DNA of 64,000 nucleotides from Chrysomallon squamiferum (lineage: Eukaryota > Animalia > Mollusca). The notes under the pieces were generated by a model. It saw nothing but the letters and a program-made list of their open reading frames with translations, ran no database searches and was not told the DNA's origin. Location: NCBI GenBank assembly GCA_012295275.1, contig CM022675.1, positions 14,074,001 to 14,138,000 on the forward strand. The letters run 5' to 3'. The stretch's first letter is position 1, and each line of letters starts with the position of its first letter. Below are positions 26,700-38,500 of this stretch, one piece after another. A program made the translations under genes and the position numbers.

Positions 26700-28869
26700 G
26701 TTTTTCTAAATAAATAAATAATTATAAACGTACATAAAAACATTTGCAAAAGTACTGAATTAAAATACCTTTAATTAATAAGTAAATTATATAGTATTGA
26801 TAGTAATAGTAATAACAGTATAGCATAAAGTTCAATAACTAATTAATTAATTATGTACCAGATCATATTCTGCATCTTTGTTAGAAAACGTTCGAACATT
26901 TTCACATTATGTGACGTCATTCAGTGGGATCATACCAGTAGAAACATTCTGTAAAGTTATTTAATAACTATTTCATTAATATTATTTCCCGATCTAAGAA
27001 ATTGTCAAGACATTTAACATTATAATGTTTTCAGTGTTTCTGTTGGATCTCTGTCTGTGTGTTCAACTATCTTTCTCAATTTTATTTCTCTCCATTAATT
27101 TCTACAAATCTCAGTACCGGCAGTGTCACCCTCCTCTTAGATTATTGTGTATCGGTCCCTTGTTCTACCTAGACCAAACATAATCTAGCATAAAAAACAC
27201 GTATCTAAAATCTACAGTGAGGTATCAACTTTCATATGTAGTCACGTTTTCAATATCATGGGAATTTCTTTTGTTTTCTTTCTTTTAACCTACCAGTTCT
27301 CTTGCTCTTATTTCTTTATTCATTATTTGTTTATTTATTTCTATGTTTTTCTTTACTTATTATCAACATAAAATCAATATATCACACTAATAAGTACTGA
27401 TTTATTTGAGTAGTGATGTGTAACATTACTTTTCGTTGTTGCTCGTATGAACGAGACAATGGATATATGTATAAAGTGATTTGTATTGTAGACTATTTTA
27501 GAAAGATATCGTCACAATATTTATGTTTAGCACTGCAGACATCATATCTCTCTCCTTATAGGTTACGTAGTGTTAAAAAACTGAAATCAGATCAAACATA
27601 TAAATAAATAAATAAATAAATAAAATAGAACAAACTGAAACAAAAATATATCGTTTTTTCTATGAGCCTAAAAACGCTGAAGCCTCAGTACAAGGCCCTG
27701 TATCCTCCTCTGTGCTTTTTGTGAATCAGTCCATTCCTAGAACTAACTCGAGCGTGCACAGAAAAGAAAAGATGAAATCTGATCTGTAACACCCGGATTT
27801 GAAACAGATCTCCTGTGAGTTTACGAGATATCAATCATTATGTTCTGCTGCTTGTACGTATTAATGAAAGAGGGGGTCAAAGAACATTCTTCATATCTGT
27901 AAATCGAAATTTTTTTACATTGCGTCATTCAGTAATAATAATAATAAAGAATAACAATAAGAACAGTAACAGCAACAACACAAAAACAATAACAGTAATA
28001 ATAACGGCTTGAGGCACACTAGAGAAATAATCTTATAATAAAAAAAAAAAACAACAACAACAATAGAACACAAATTGGAGATAGAAAATAATATAACATA
28101 AATTCAAACTGCATAACTAATCTAATTCAGTAAATGTTATTATTCTCAGTCGATAAATTAAATTTATTTCCCAACTGCATATTAAAATTCTTAGAAATAC
28201 ATTCTTTTCGTAATCTTTTTGTCTGCCACATTTTGAGAAGAAAAGATTAAATATTATGTGAGTACCAGCAGAACCTTGAAAATTATATATAACTGTTTTC
28301 TAAGTATTTTTATTTAACACATGTTATCAGTTATCTCACTTTTTTTCTGGATTTATTTTTTCGGGGAGGGGGAGGCAACTAATAATTTAGAAGCTTTGTA
28401 TGTTTAGAAAACAATGTGCATGAAACGAAGTATCAACGTACACTCAACTGGGGAGACAAAAACACAAACAACGTAGAACAATAATAAGCTTTCGTCATTC
28501 CTTTACAAACACACACGTAGGGTGTGCACTTGAGCACCCACGGCAGTTGAAACAGGATCTCGAAGAGAAAACCACATCATGAGTTTATTGTGTCAAACAT
28601 TTTAGTTGTGCTATTTAAATAGCAGTTAATATTTACACATGTTGAAAGTGAACATTCTCATGAAATTTAACAAATTTGTGTGGTATTACAGACACAGTAG
28701 TGAAAGACAATTTTTAAACTAAACCATGGAAAAGACTTTCTTTATTTACTTTTTTGGACAATGATATTTTGAACTGATGATGTTTGTTGTTAATCATCAT
28801 ATTTCAATATTACATTATCTTCACCATTATCTTCACCAGTACTTGCAGTTTCGAAATGCTATTTACTAT

Positions 28870-29830
28870 TAAATAAGTATTTTGGGACCATTTATCACTG
28901 AATATATAAAGGTTTTTCACATACTGATGAATATTGCAAAGTAGTTTGGTATTTGCTGGAAGATGGAGCTGATCCTAATTTCTCAGACAGTGATAACAAT
29001 TCTATTTTACATACAGCGGCTAAATAATTTATACAAAATGCAAATTTAAGGATCATCTCCATGTTCCAGAAATAGAAAAAGTACTTTGGAACTTTCATTG
29101 TTTATGTATTAATGTCACTGATAATCATAATTCAGAGTTTTACTGTTTATAATATTTACATGAACACCTTTTTAATCACTGCTATTACAATTTCTAGGTT
29201 TCCATGTGTCACTGCTAGATGAACTGTTATATCAGTGTGCTAAATTAGGATCAACTGTAAGAAGAGATTTACACCAACACCTTTTCTATCAGTGCTGTCA
29301 CAATTTCTATTTTTCCATGTTCAGCTGATATGTGTAAAACAGAATTGTTATCACTATCTTCTAAATTAGGACCAGCTCCATGTTCCAGCAAATACAAAAG
29401 TACTTTGTTCTGTTTGTAGTTCACAGCTGTAGGGAGGGGGGTTTCACCTGTACTGTTTAAAATATTTACATCAGCACCTTTTTTACTCACTGCTGTCACA
29501 GTTTCTTTATTTCCAAGCTCAGCTGATAGCTGTAAAACAGAATTGTTATATCTGTCTGTTAAATTACCATTGGTTGCACGATCCGGTCAATAAAAAACGA
29601 CTTTGTTCTGTTGACAGTTCATAGCTGTAGGAACAGGAGTTTCACCTTCATTGTTTTTAATATTTATATAAGCACCTTTTATTATCAGTACTTCACAATT
29701 TCTATATTTCTGTATTCAGCTGCTAGATGTAATACAGAATTGTTATCATCATCTGATAAATTAGGATCAGCTCCATGTTCCAGTAAATACAAACTACATT
29801 GTTCTTTTTCGAATTCACAGCTGTAAGAAT
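28870..29830 (-). pseudogene. Decayed ankyrin-repeat coding sequence with no visible introns
   Basis: Repeated ankyrin motifs KGADVNILNSTGETPL, LLEHGADPNLSDDDNNSVLHLAAE and HGKIEIVTALIEK, with a two-repeat (~198-bp) period. Broken by stops and frameshifts. Confidence 0.85.
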
Positions 29831-29831
29831 T

Positions 29832-29935
29832 GTTCAGGACCTTTTGCGTGTACAGCCTGATTTTTCTTCACGTGAATAATAAATAAACAAATAATTAAAC
29901 AAGTATAAATGAGTAAGTAAATAAAATATAGAAGT
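29832..29935 (-). pseudogene. TRPM: Duplicated fragment of a TRPM exon start and its preceding intron
   Basis: cgtgtacagcctgatttttcttcacgtgaataataaataaa matches 2674-2714 (cgtgtacagcctggtatttcttcacctgaatcataaataaa). A 31-mer (gtataaatgagtaagtaaataaaatatagaa) is identical in both. The splice acceptor is mutated CAG>CAC. Confidence 0.8.
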
Positions 29936-30440
29936 ACAAGTAGTAACTAAATAAAATATAGAAGTTCAAGAAAGTAAATAAAACATGCAAGTACAAGTGA
30001 GTAAGTAAATAAAATATAGAACTACAAGTAAGTAAAAATGTAGAAGTACAAATGAATAAGTAAATAAAGAATACAAGTACAACTGAGTAAATAAATAAAA
30101 CATAGAAGTACAAGTAAGTGAATCAAATATAGAAAAACAAGTAAATAAAATATACAAAGTTAATAAAATATAGAAATACAAATGAATAAGTAAATCAAAT
30201 ATAGAAGCAGAAGTAAGTAAATAAAACATAGCAGAACAAATTAGTAAATAAATAAAATGTAGAAGTACAAGTGAGTCACCAAATAGAATATAGAACTAGA
30301 AGTGTATAAGTAAATAAACTACGGAAGACAAGTGAGTAAGTGAATAAAATGTAGAAGAACAAGCGAGTAGGTATATAAAATATAGATGTACAAGTTAGAA
30401 ATTAAATAAAATATAGAAGTAGAAGTAAGTATATAAAATA
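29903..30440. repeat. ~27-33-bp minisatellite, same family as 2722-2918
   Basis: aagtaaataaaatatagaagtacaagt-like units. Confidence 0.85.
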
Positions 30441-31678
30441 CTGAAATATTACACAAAGTATCATTATTATCTTCACTAAATATTAAAATACCACACACAG
30501 TGTCATTATTATCTTCATTAAATACCCCAATACTACACAAAGTATCATTATTATATCCAGCAAATACTGAAATATCACACACAACGTCATTATTATCTTC
30601 ATTAAATACCCAAATACTACACAAAGTACCATTATTATATCCAGCAAATACTGAAATATCACACACAACGTCATTATTATCTTCATTAAATACCCAAATA
30701 CTACACAAAGTATCATTATTATATCCAGAAAATACTGAAATATCACACACAACGTCATTATTATCTTCATTAAATACCCAAATACTACACACTTTCATTA
30801 TTATTTCCAGAAATATTGAAATACAGTAACAAAGGGTCATTATTATCTCTAGTAAACATTGAAATAGCACACACACAGGGTCATTATTATCTCTAGTAAA
30901 CAGTGAAATATCACACACACAGTCATTATTATCTCTAGTAAGTATTGTAATACCACACAGAGTATAATTATTATCTGCAGTAAGTATTGAAATATTACAC
31001 CTAGTGTCATTATCTGCAGGAAATACTGAAATGCTACACAAAGTATCATTCATATCTCTAGTGAATATTGAAATATCACACAAAGTACCACTATTGTCTC
31101 CTGTAAATACTGACATACTACTCAAAGTACCATTCTTATTTCCAGTAAATATTGAAACAGTACACACAGTATCATCATTATCTCTAGTAAATATTGTAAC
31201 ACTTCACAGAATATCATTATTATCTCTAGTAAATATTAAAATACTACACAAAGTATTACTATTATCTTCAGTAAATATTGAAATACTACACACAGTGTCT
31301 ATATTATCTCTAGTAAATATTGAAATATCACACAAAGCATCCTTATTTTATCTCCAGTACATAATAAAATACAACAAAAAGTATCATTATTATCTCTAGT
31401 AAATATTAAAATACAACAAAAAGTGTCATTATTATCTCTACCAAATATTGAAATACTACACAAATTATCATTATTATCTCTAGTAAATATTGAAATACTA
31501 CGCAAAGTATCATTATTATCTCTAGTAAATATTGAAATGTTATATATAATATCATTATTATCTCCAGTAAATATTGTAACTCTTGACAGAGTATTATTGT
31601 GATCTCTAGTAAATATTGAAATGCTACACAAAGTATCATTATTATCTCCAGTAAATACTGAAATACTTCACGAAGTAT
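30435..31678. repeat. 42-bp minisatellite (~30 copies) with an 84-bp dimer sub-array
   Basis: Unit tagtaaatattgaaatactacacaaagtatcattattatctc; about three near-identical 84-bp dimers at 30502-30790. Confidence 0.92.
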
Positions 31679-32270
31679 ACATAAAACAACAACAACAACA
31701 AAGACAACTACAATAAAAAAACAATCAGAACAATAAATAAATAAATAACAATATTATCAAGAAACACCAACAATGGCTGTAATTTTGATAACAGTAGCAG
31801 TAATTATAATAAAATCAGTGAAAAGGTATTATAGTAATGCTAAAATCTTTCTGAATAATTGTACTGATCACTCTGTTAATAATTCCTGTTTACTCATCAA
31901 AAGCATAAACTTACTGGTTTCATTTTTACGTTATTTCAGCAAGGACTGATGGAAGAGCATCCAATATTAAAGGTAATTTTTTTTTCTTCAACAATTTCGA
32001 AAAATGTGCATTAATAAAAACATAATCATGTAGGTGATTTTAATCTTATCATTAATCATTAATGTTTTCAAAAATTCTGATGAATGAATATTATAAATAT
32101 TAAACTCGATTCTTATTAAGAAAGTATAATGTTGATGTTTATATAGTATAAACAATTTTTAAACAGTGAATAATATATTTTAATATTTTTTAACTTGTTG
32201 TGATGGAGTGTCTGCTATATCAAGGATAAACTCTTTTGACTGGAGTATCTATGTTGAAACGAGACCAGAT

Positions 32271-32560
32271 CCGATCAACAGTCCGGTGTAACATATCCCA
32301 TCAACAGTCCGGTGTAACATATCCGATCAACAGTCCGGTGTAACATATCCCATCAACAGTCCGGTGTAACATATCCGATCAACAGTCCTATGTAACCTAT
32401 CCCATCAACAGTCAGGTGTAACCTATCCCATCAACAGTCAGGTGTAACCTATCCCATCAACAGTCAGGTGTAACATATCCCATCAACAGTCCGGTGTAAC
32501 ATATCCCATCAACAGTCCGGTGTAACATATCCCATCAACAGTCCGGTGTAACATATCCCA
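32271..32560. repeat. 26-bp minisatellite (~11 copies) abutting the telomeric-repeat satellite
   Basis: Unit atcaacagtccggtgtaacatatccc; three 25-bp variants near 32403-32480. Confidence 0.93.
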
Positions 32561-32567
32561 ATCCTTT

Positions 32568-35500
32568 TAACCCTAACCCTAGATCAGGTGATAAAAGTAA
32601 TCAGTTTATTTTAAGGCTAAAACATCTCCAGCCTCATATTCTTTTTCAAAAGAATCAAAAGAATCAAACACGAATAAAATTTATGTAACCCTAGCTATAA
32701 GGCTAACCCTAACCCTAACCCTAACCCTAACCCTAGGTCAGGTTCTAAAAGTAATCCAAAAGAAGTCCGGAACATTAATTCTTATTCTAAGGCTACTTGT
32801 AATCTCCAGCCTCATATTATTTCTATCAGAAGAATCAGGATCAAATCGTTGAATAAAATTTTTAACTGTTTCTATGCTTTTAAGCAGAGGTAACCCTAAC
32901 CCAAAACCCTAACCCTAACCTAGCTCTAACATCTTAACAGTTAGGTTGATAAAAGTAATCCAAACAAGTCCTGAACATTAATTCTTTTCTAAGGCTACTT
33001 CTAATCTCCAATCTTTCATCAAACTCTCAATAAAATTTATGTAACCCTAGCTATAAATAACCCATCCCTAACCCTAACCCTAACCCTAACATAAGGTTGA
33101 AAAAAGAATAAAAGCATCAAACTCGAATAAAATTACCCTAACCCTAACCCTAGCTCAGGTTAAAAGTAATCCAACAGAAGTCCGGAACATTAAACCCTAG
33201 CTCAGGTTCTAAAAGTAATCCAAAATCCCTAACCCTAGCTCAGGTTCTAAAAGTAATCCAACAGAAGCCCGGAACATTAATTCTTCTCCTAACGCTACTT
33301 CTAATCTCCAGCCTCATATTATTTCTATCAGAAGCATCAAACTCGAATAAAATTTATGTAACCCTAGCTATAAGGCTAACCCTAACCCTAACCCTAACCC
33401 TAACCCTAACCCTAGCTCAGGTGATAAAAGTAATCCAAAAGAAGTCCGGAACATTAATTCTATTTCTAAGGCTACTTGTAATCTCCAGGCTCATATTCTT
33501 TCTAACATAAGCATTAAAGTCCAATAAAATTTATGTAACCCTAGCTTTAAGGCTAACCCTAACCCTAACCCTAACCCTAACCCTAGGTCAGGTTCTAAAA
33601 GTAATCCAACAGAAGTCCTGAACATTAATTTTTATTCTAAGGCTACTTGTAGTCTCCAGGATCATATTATTTCTATCATAAACATTAAACTCGAATAAAA
33701 TCTACGTAACCCTAGCTTTAAGGCCCTAACCTAACCCTAACCCTAACCCTAACCCTAGCTCAGGTTCTAAAAGTAATCCAACAGAAGTCCTGAACATTAA
33801 TTTTTATTCTAAGGCTAATTGTAATCTCCAGGGTCATATTATTTCTAACATAAGCATTAAACTCGAATAAAATTTATGTAACCCTAGCTTTAAGGCTAAC
33901 CCTAATCCTAACCCTAACCCTAACCCTAGCTCAGGTGATAAAAGTAATCCAAAAGAAGTCCGGAACATTAATTCTTATTCTAAGGCTACTTGTAATCTCC
34001 AGCCTCATATTATTTCTAACATAAGCATCAAACTCGAATAAAATTTATGTAACCCTAGCTTTAAGGCTAACCCTAACCCTAACCCTAACCCTAACCCTAG
34101 CTCAGGTGATAAAAGTAATCCAAAAGAAGTCCGGAACATTAATTCTTATTCTAAGGCTACTTCTAATCTCCAGCCTCATATTATTTCTATCAGAAGCATC
34201 AAACTCGAATAAAATTTATGTAACCCTAGCTATAAGGCTAACCCTAACCCTAACCCTAACCCTAACCCTAACCCTAGCTCAGGTGATAAAAGTAATCCAA
34301 AAGAAGTCCGGAACATTAATTCTATTTCTAAGGCTACTTGTAATCTCCAGGCTCATATTCTTTCTAACATAAGCATTAAACTCGAATAAAATTTATGTAA
34401 CCCTAGCTTTAAGGCTAACCCTAACCCTAACCCTAACCCTAACCCTAGCTCAGGTTCTAAAAGTAATCCAACAGAAGTCCTGAACATTAATTCTTATTCT
34501 AAGGCTACTTGTAATCTCCAGCCTCATATTATTTCTATCATAAGCATCAAACTCGAATAAAATTTATGTAACCCTAGCTTTAAGGCTAACCCTAACCCTA
34601 ACCCTAACCCTAACCCTAGCTCAGGTGATAAAAGTAATCCAAAAGAAGTCCGGAACATTAATTCTATTTCTAAGGCTACTTGTAATCTCCAGGCTCATAT
34701 TCTTTCTAACATAAGCATTAAACTCGAATAAAATTTATGTAACCCTAGCTTTAAGGCTAACCCTAACCCTAACCCTAACCCTAACCCTAACCCTAGCTCA
34801 GGTGATAAAAGTAATCCAAAAGAAGTCCTGAACATTAATTCTTATTCTAAGGCTACTTGTAATCTCCAGGCTCATATTATTTCTATCATAAGCATCAAAC
34901 TCGAATAAAATTTATGTAACCCTAGCTTTAAGGCTAACCCTAACCCTAACCCTAACCCTAACCCTAGCTCAGGTTCTAAAAGTAATCCAACAGAAGTCCT
35001 GAACATTAATTTTTATTCTAAGGCTACTTGTAGTCTCCAGGGTCATATTATTTCTAACATAAGCATCAAACTCGAATAAAATTCGAATAAAATTTATGTA
35101 ACCCTAGCTTAACCCTAACCCTAACCCTAACCCTAACCCTAACCCTAACCCTAACCCTAACCCTAGCTCAGGTGATAAAAGTAATCCAAAAGAAGTCCGG
35201 AACATTAATTCTTATTCTAAGGCTACTTGTAATCTCCAGGCTCATATTATTTCTATCATAAGCATCAAACTCGAATAAAATTTATGTAACCCTAAAGTTT
35301 ATGTAAGGCTAACCCTAACCCTAACCCTAACCCTAACTCAGGATAAAAGTAATCCAAAGAAGTCCGGAACCCTAACCCTAAGGCTCTTGTAATCTCAGGT
35401 TCTAAAAAAGTAATCCAATTTAGAACCCCGGAACATTAATTCTTCTCCTAACCCTACTCAGGTTCTAAAAATCTCCAGTCCCTCATAATCTTTTCTAAGG

Positions 35501-38500
35501 CTATAAGCCTCATTTCAAACTCGAATAAAATTTATGTAACCCTAGCTATAAGGCTAACCCTAACCCTAACCCTAACCCTAACCCTAACCCTAGCTCAGGT
35601 GATAAAAGTAATCCAAAAGAAGTCCGGAACATTAATTCTATTTCTAAGGCTACTTGTAATCTCCAGGCTCATATTCTTTCTAACATAAGCATTAAAGTCC
35701 AATAAAATTTATGTAACCCTAGCTTTAAGGCTAACCCTAACCCTAACCCTAACCCTAACCCTAACCCTAGGTCAGGTTCTAAAAGTAATCCAACAGAAGT
35801 CCTGAACATTAATTTTTATTCTAAGGCTACTTGTAGTCTCCAGGATCATATTATTTCTATCATAAACATTAAACTCGAATAAAATCTACGTAACCCTAGC
35901 TTTAAGGCTAGCCCTAACCCTAACCCTAACCCTAACCCTAACCCTAGCTAAGCTTCTAAAACTAATCCTACACTAGTCCTGAATATTAATTCTTATTCTA
36001 AGGCTAATTGTAATCTCCAGGGTCATATTATTTCTAACATAAGCATTAATCTTGAATAAAATTTATGTAACCCTAGCTTTAACGCTAACCCTAATCCTAA
36101 CACTAACCCTAACCCTAGATCAGGTGATAAAAGTAATCCAAAAGAAGTCCGGAACATTAATTCTTATTCTAAGGCTACTTCTATTCTCCAGCCTCATATT
36201 ATTTCTATCAAAAGCATCAAACTCGAATAAAATTTATGTAACCCTAGCTATAAGGCTAACCCTACCCTAACCCTAACCCTAACCCTAACCCTAGCTCAGG
36301 TTCTAAAAGTAATCCAAAAGAAGTCCGGAACATTAATTCTTATTCTAAGGCTACTTGTAATCTCCAGGCTCATATTATTTCTATCAGAAGCATCAAACTC
36401 GAATAAAATTTATGTAACCCTAGCTTTAAGGCTAACCCTAACCCTAACCCTAACCCTAACCCTAACCCTAGCTCAGGTGATAAAAGTAATCCAAAAGAAG
36501 TCCGGAACATTAATTCTATTTCTAAGGCTACTTGTAATCTCCAGGCTCATATTCTTTCTAACATAAGCATCAAACTCGAATAAAATTTATGTAACCCTAG
36601 CTTTAAGGCTAACCCTAACCCTAACCCTAACCCTAACCCTAGCTCAGGTTCTAAAAGTAATCCAACAGAAGTCCGGAACATTAATTCTTCTTCTAAGGCT
36701 ACTTCTAATCTCCAGCCTCATATTATTTCTATCAGAAGCATCAAACTCGAATAAAATTTATGTAACCCTAGCTTTAAGGCTAACCCTAACCCTAACCCTA
36801 ACCCTAACCCTAACCCTAGCTCAGGTGATAAAAGTAATCCAAAAGAAGTCCGGAACATTAATTCTTTTTCTAAGGCTACTTGTAATCTCCAGGCTCATAT
36901 TATTTCTAACATAAGCATCAAACTCGAATAAAATTTATGTAACCCTAGCTTTAAGGCTAACCCTAACCCTAACCCTAACCCTAACCCTAGCTCAGGTTCT
37001 AAAAGTAATCCAACAGAAGTCCTGAACATTAATTTTTATTCTAAGGCTACTTGTAGTCTCCAGGATCATATTATTTCTATCATAAGCATCAAACTCGAAT
37101 AAAATTTATGTAACCCTAGCTATAAGGCTAACCCTAACCCTAACCCTAACCCTAACCCTAACCCTAGCTCAGGTGATAAAAGTAATCCAAAAGAAGTCGG
37201 AACATTAATTCTTATTCTAAGGCTACTTGTAATCTCCAGGCTCATATTATTTTCTATCATAAGCATCAAACTCGAATAAAATTTATGTAACCCTAGCTTT
37301 TAACCCTAACCTAACCCTAACCCTAACCCCTAAAACTCCTAAAAGTAATCCAAAGAAGTCCGGAACATTAATTTTTTTTCTAAGGCTACTTAATCTCCAG
37401 GCTCATATTATTTTCAAAGCATCAAACTCGAATAAAATTTATGTAAAGCTTTAAAAAACCTAACCCTAACCCTAACCCTAACCCTAACCCTCTCAGCTCA
37501 GGTGATAAAAGTAAGTCCAGAAGCCCGGAACATTAATTCTTATTCTAAGGCTACTTCTAATCTCCAGCCTCATATTATTTCTATCATAAGCATCAAACTC
37601 GAATAAAATTTATGTAACCCTAGCTTTAAGGCTAACCCTAACCCTAACCCTAACCCTAACCCTAGCTCAGGTGATAAAAGTAATCCAAAAGAAGTCCGGA
37701 ACATTAATTCTTATTCTAAGGCTACTTGTAATCTCCAGGCTCATATTATTTCTAACATAAGCATCAAACTCGAATAAAATTTATGTAACCCTAGCTTTAA
37801 GGCTAACCCTAACCCTAACCCTAACCCTAGCTCAGGTTCTAAAAGTAATCCAACAGAAGCCCGGAACATTAATTCTTCTCCTAACGCTACTTCTAATCTC
37901 CAGCCTCATATTATTTCTATCAGAAGCATCAAACTCGAATAAAATTTATGTAACCCTAGCTATAAGGCTAACCCTAACCCTAACCCTAACCCTAACCCTA
38001 ACCCTAACCCTAGCTCAGGTGATAAAAGTAATCCAAAAGAAGTCCGGAACATTAATTCTATTTCTAAGGCTACTTGTAATCTCCAGGCTCATATTCTTTC
38101 TAACATAAGCATCAAACTCGAATAAAATTTATGTAACCCTAGCTAGCTTTAACCTACCCTAACCCTAACCCTAACCCTAACCCTAACCCTCAGGTTCTAA
38201 AAGTAATCCAACAGAAGTCCTGAACATTAATTTTTATTCTAAGGCTACTTGTAATCTCCAGCCTCATATTATTTCTATCTAAACCTCGAATAAAAATAAC
38301 CCTAAACCCTAACCCTAGCTCAGGTTCTAAAAGTAATCCAAAAGAAGTCCGGAACATTAATTCTTATTCTAAGGCTACTTGTAATCTCCAGGCTCATATT
38401 ATTTCTAACATAAGCATTAAACTCGAATAAAATTTATGTAACCCTAGCTTTAAGGCTAACCCTAACCCTAACCCTAACCCTAACCCTAGGTCAGGTTCTA

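Noticed and set aside
27690-27830. Possible tRNA-derived SINE (B-box-like gtttcaaatcc on the minus strand)
   Set aside because: Only one short motif; no A-box, tail or TSD that I can support.
30319-31639. 282-aa and other Cys/Asn-rich repeat ORFs
   Set aside because: They come from the 42-bp minisatellite; several frames on both strands are similarly open.
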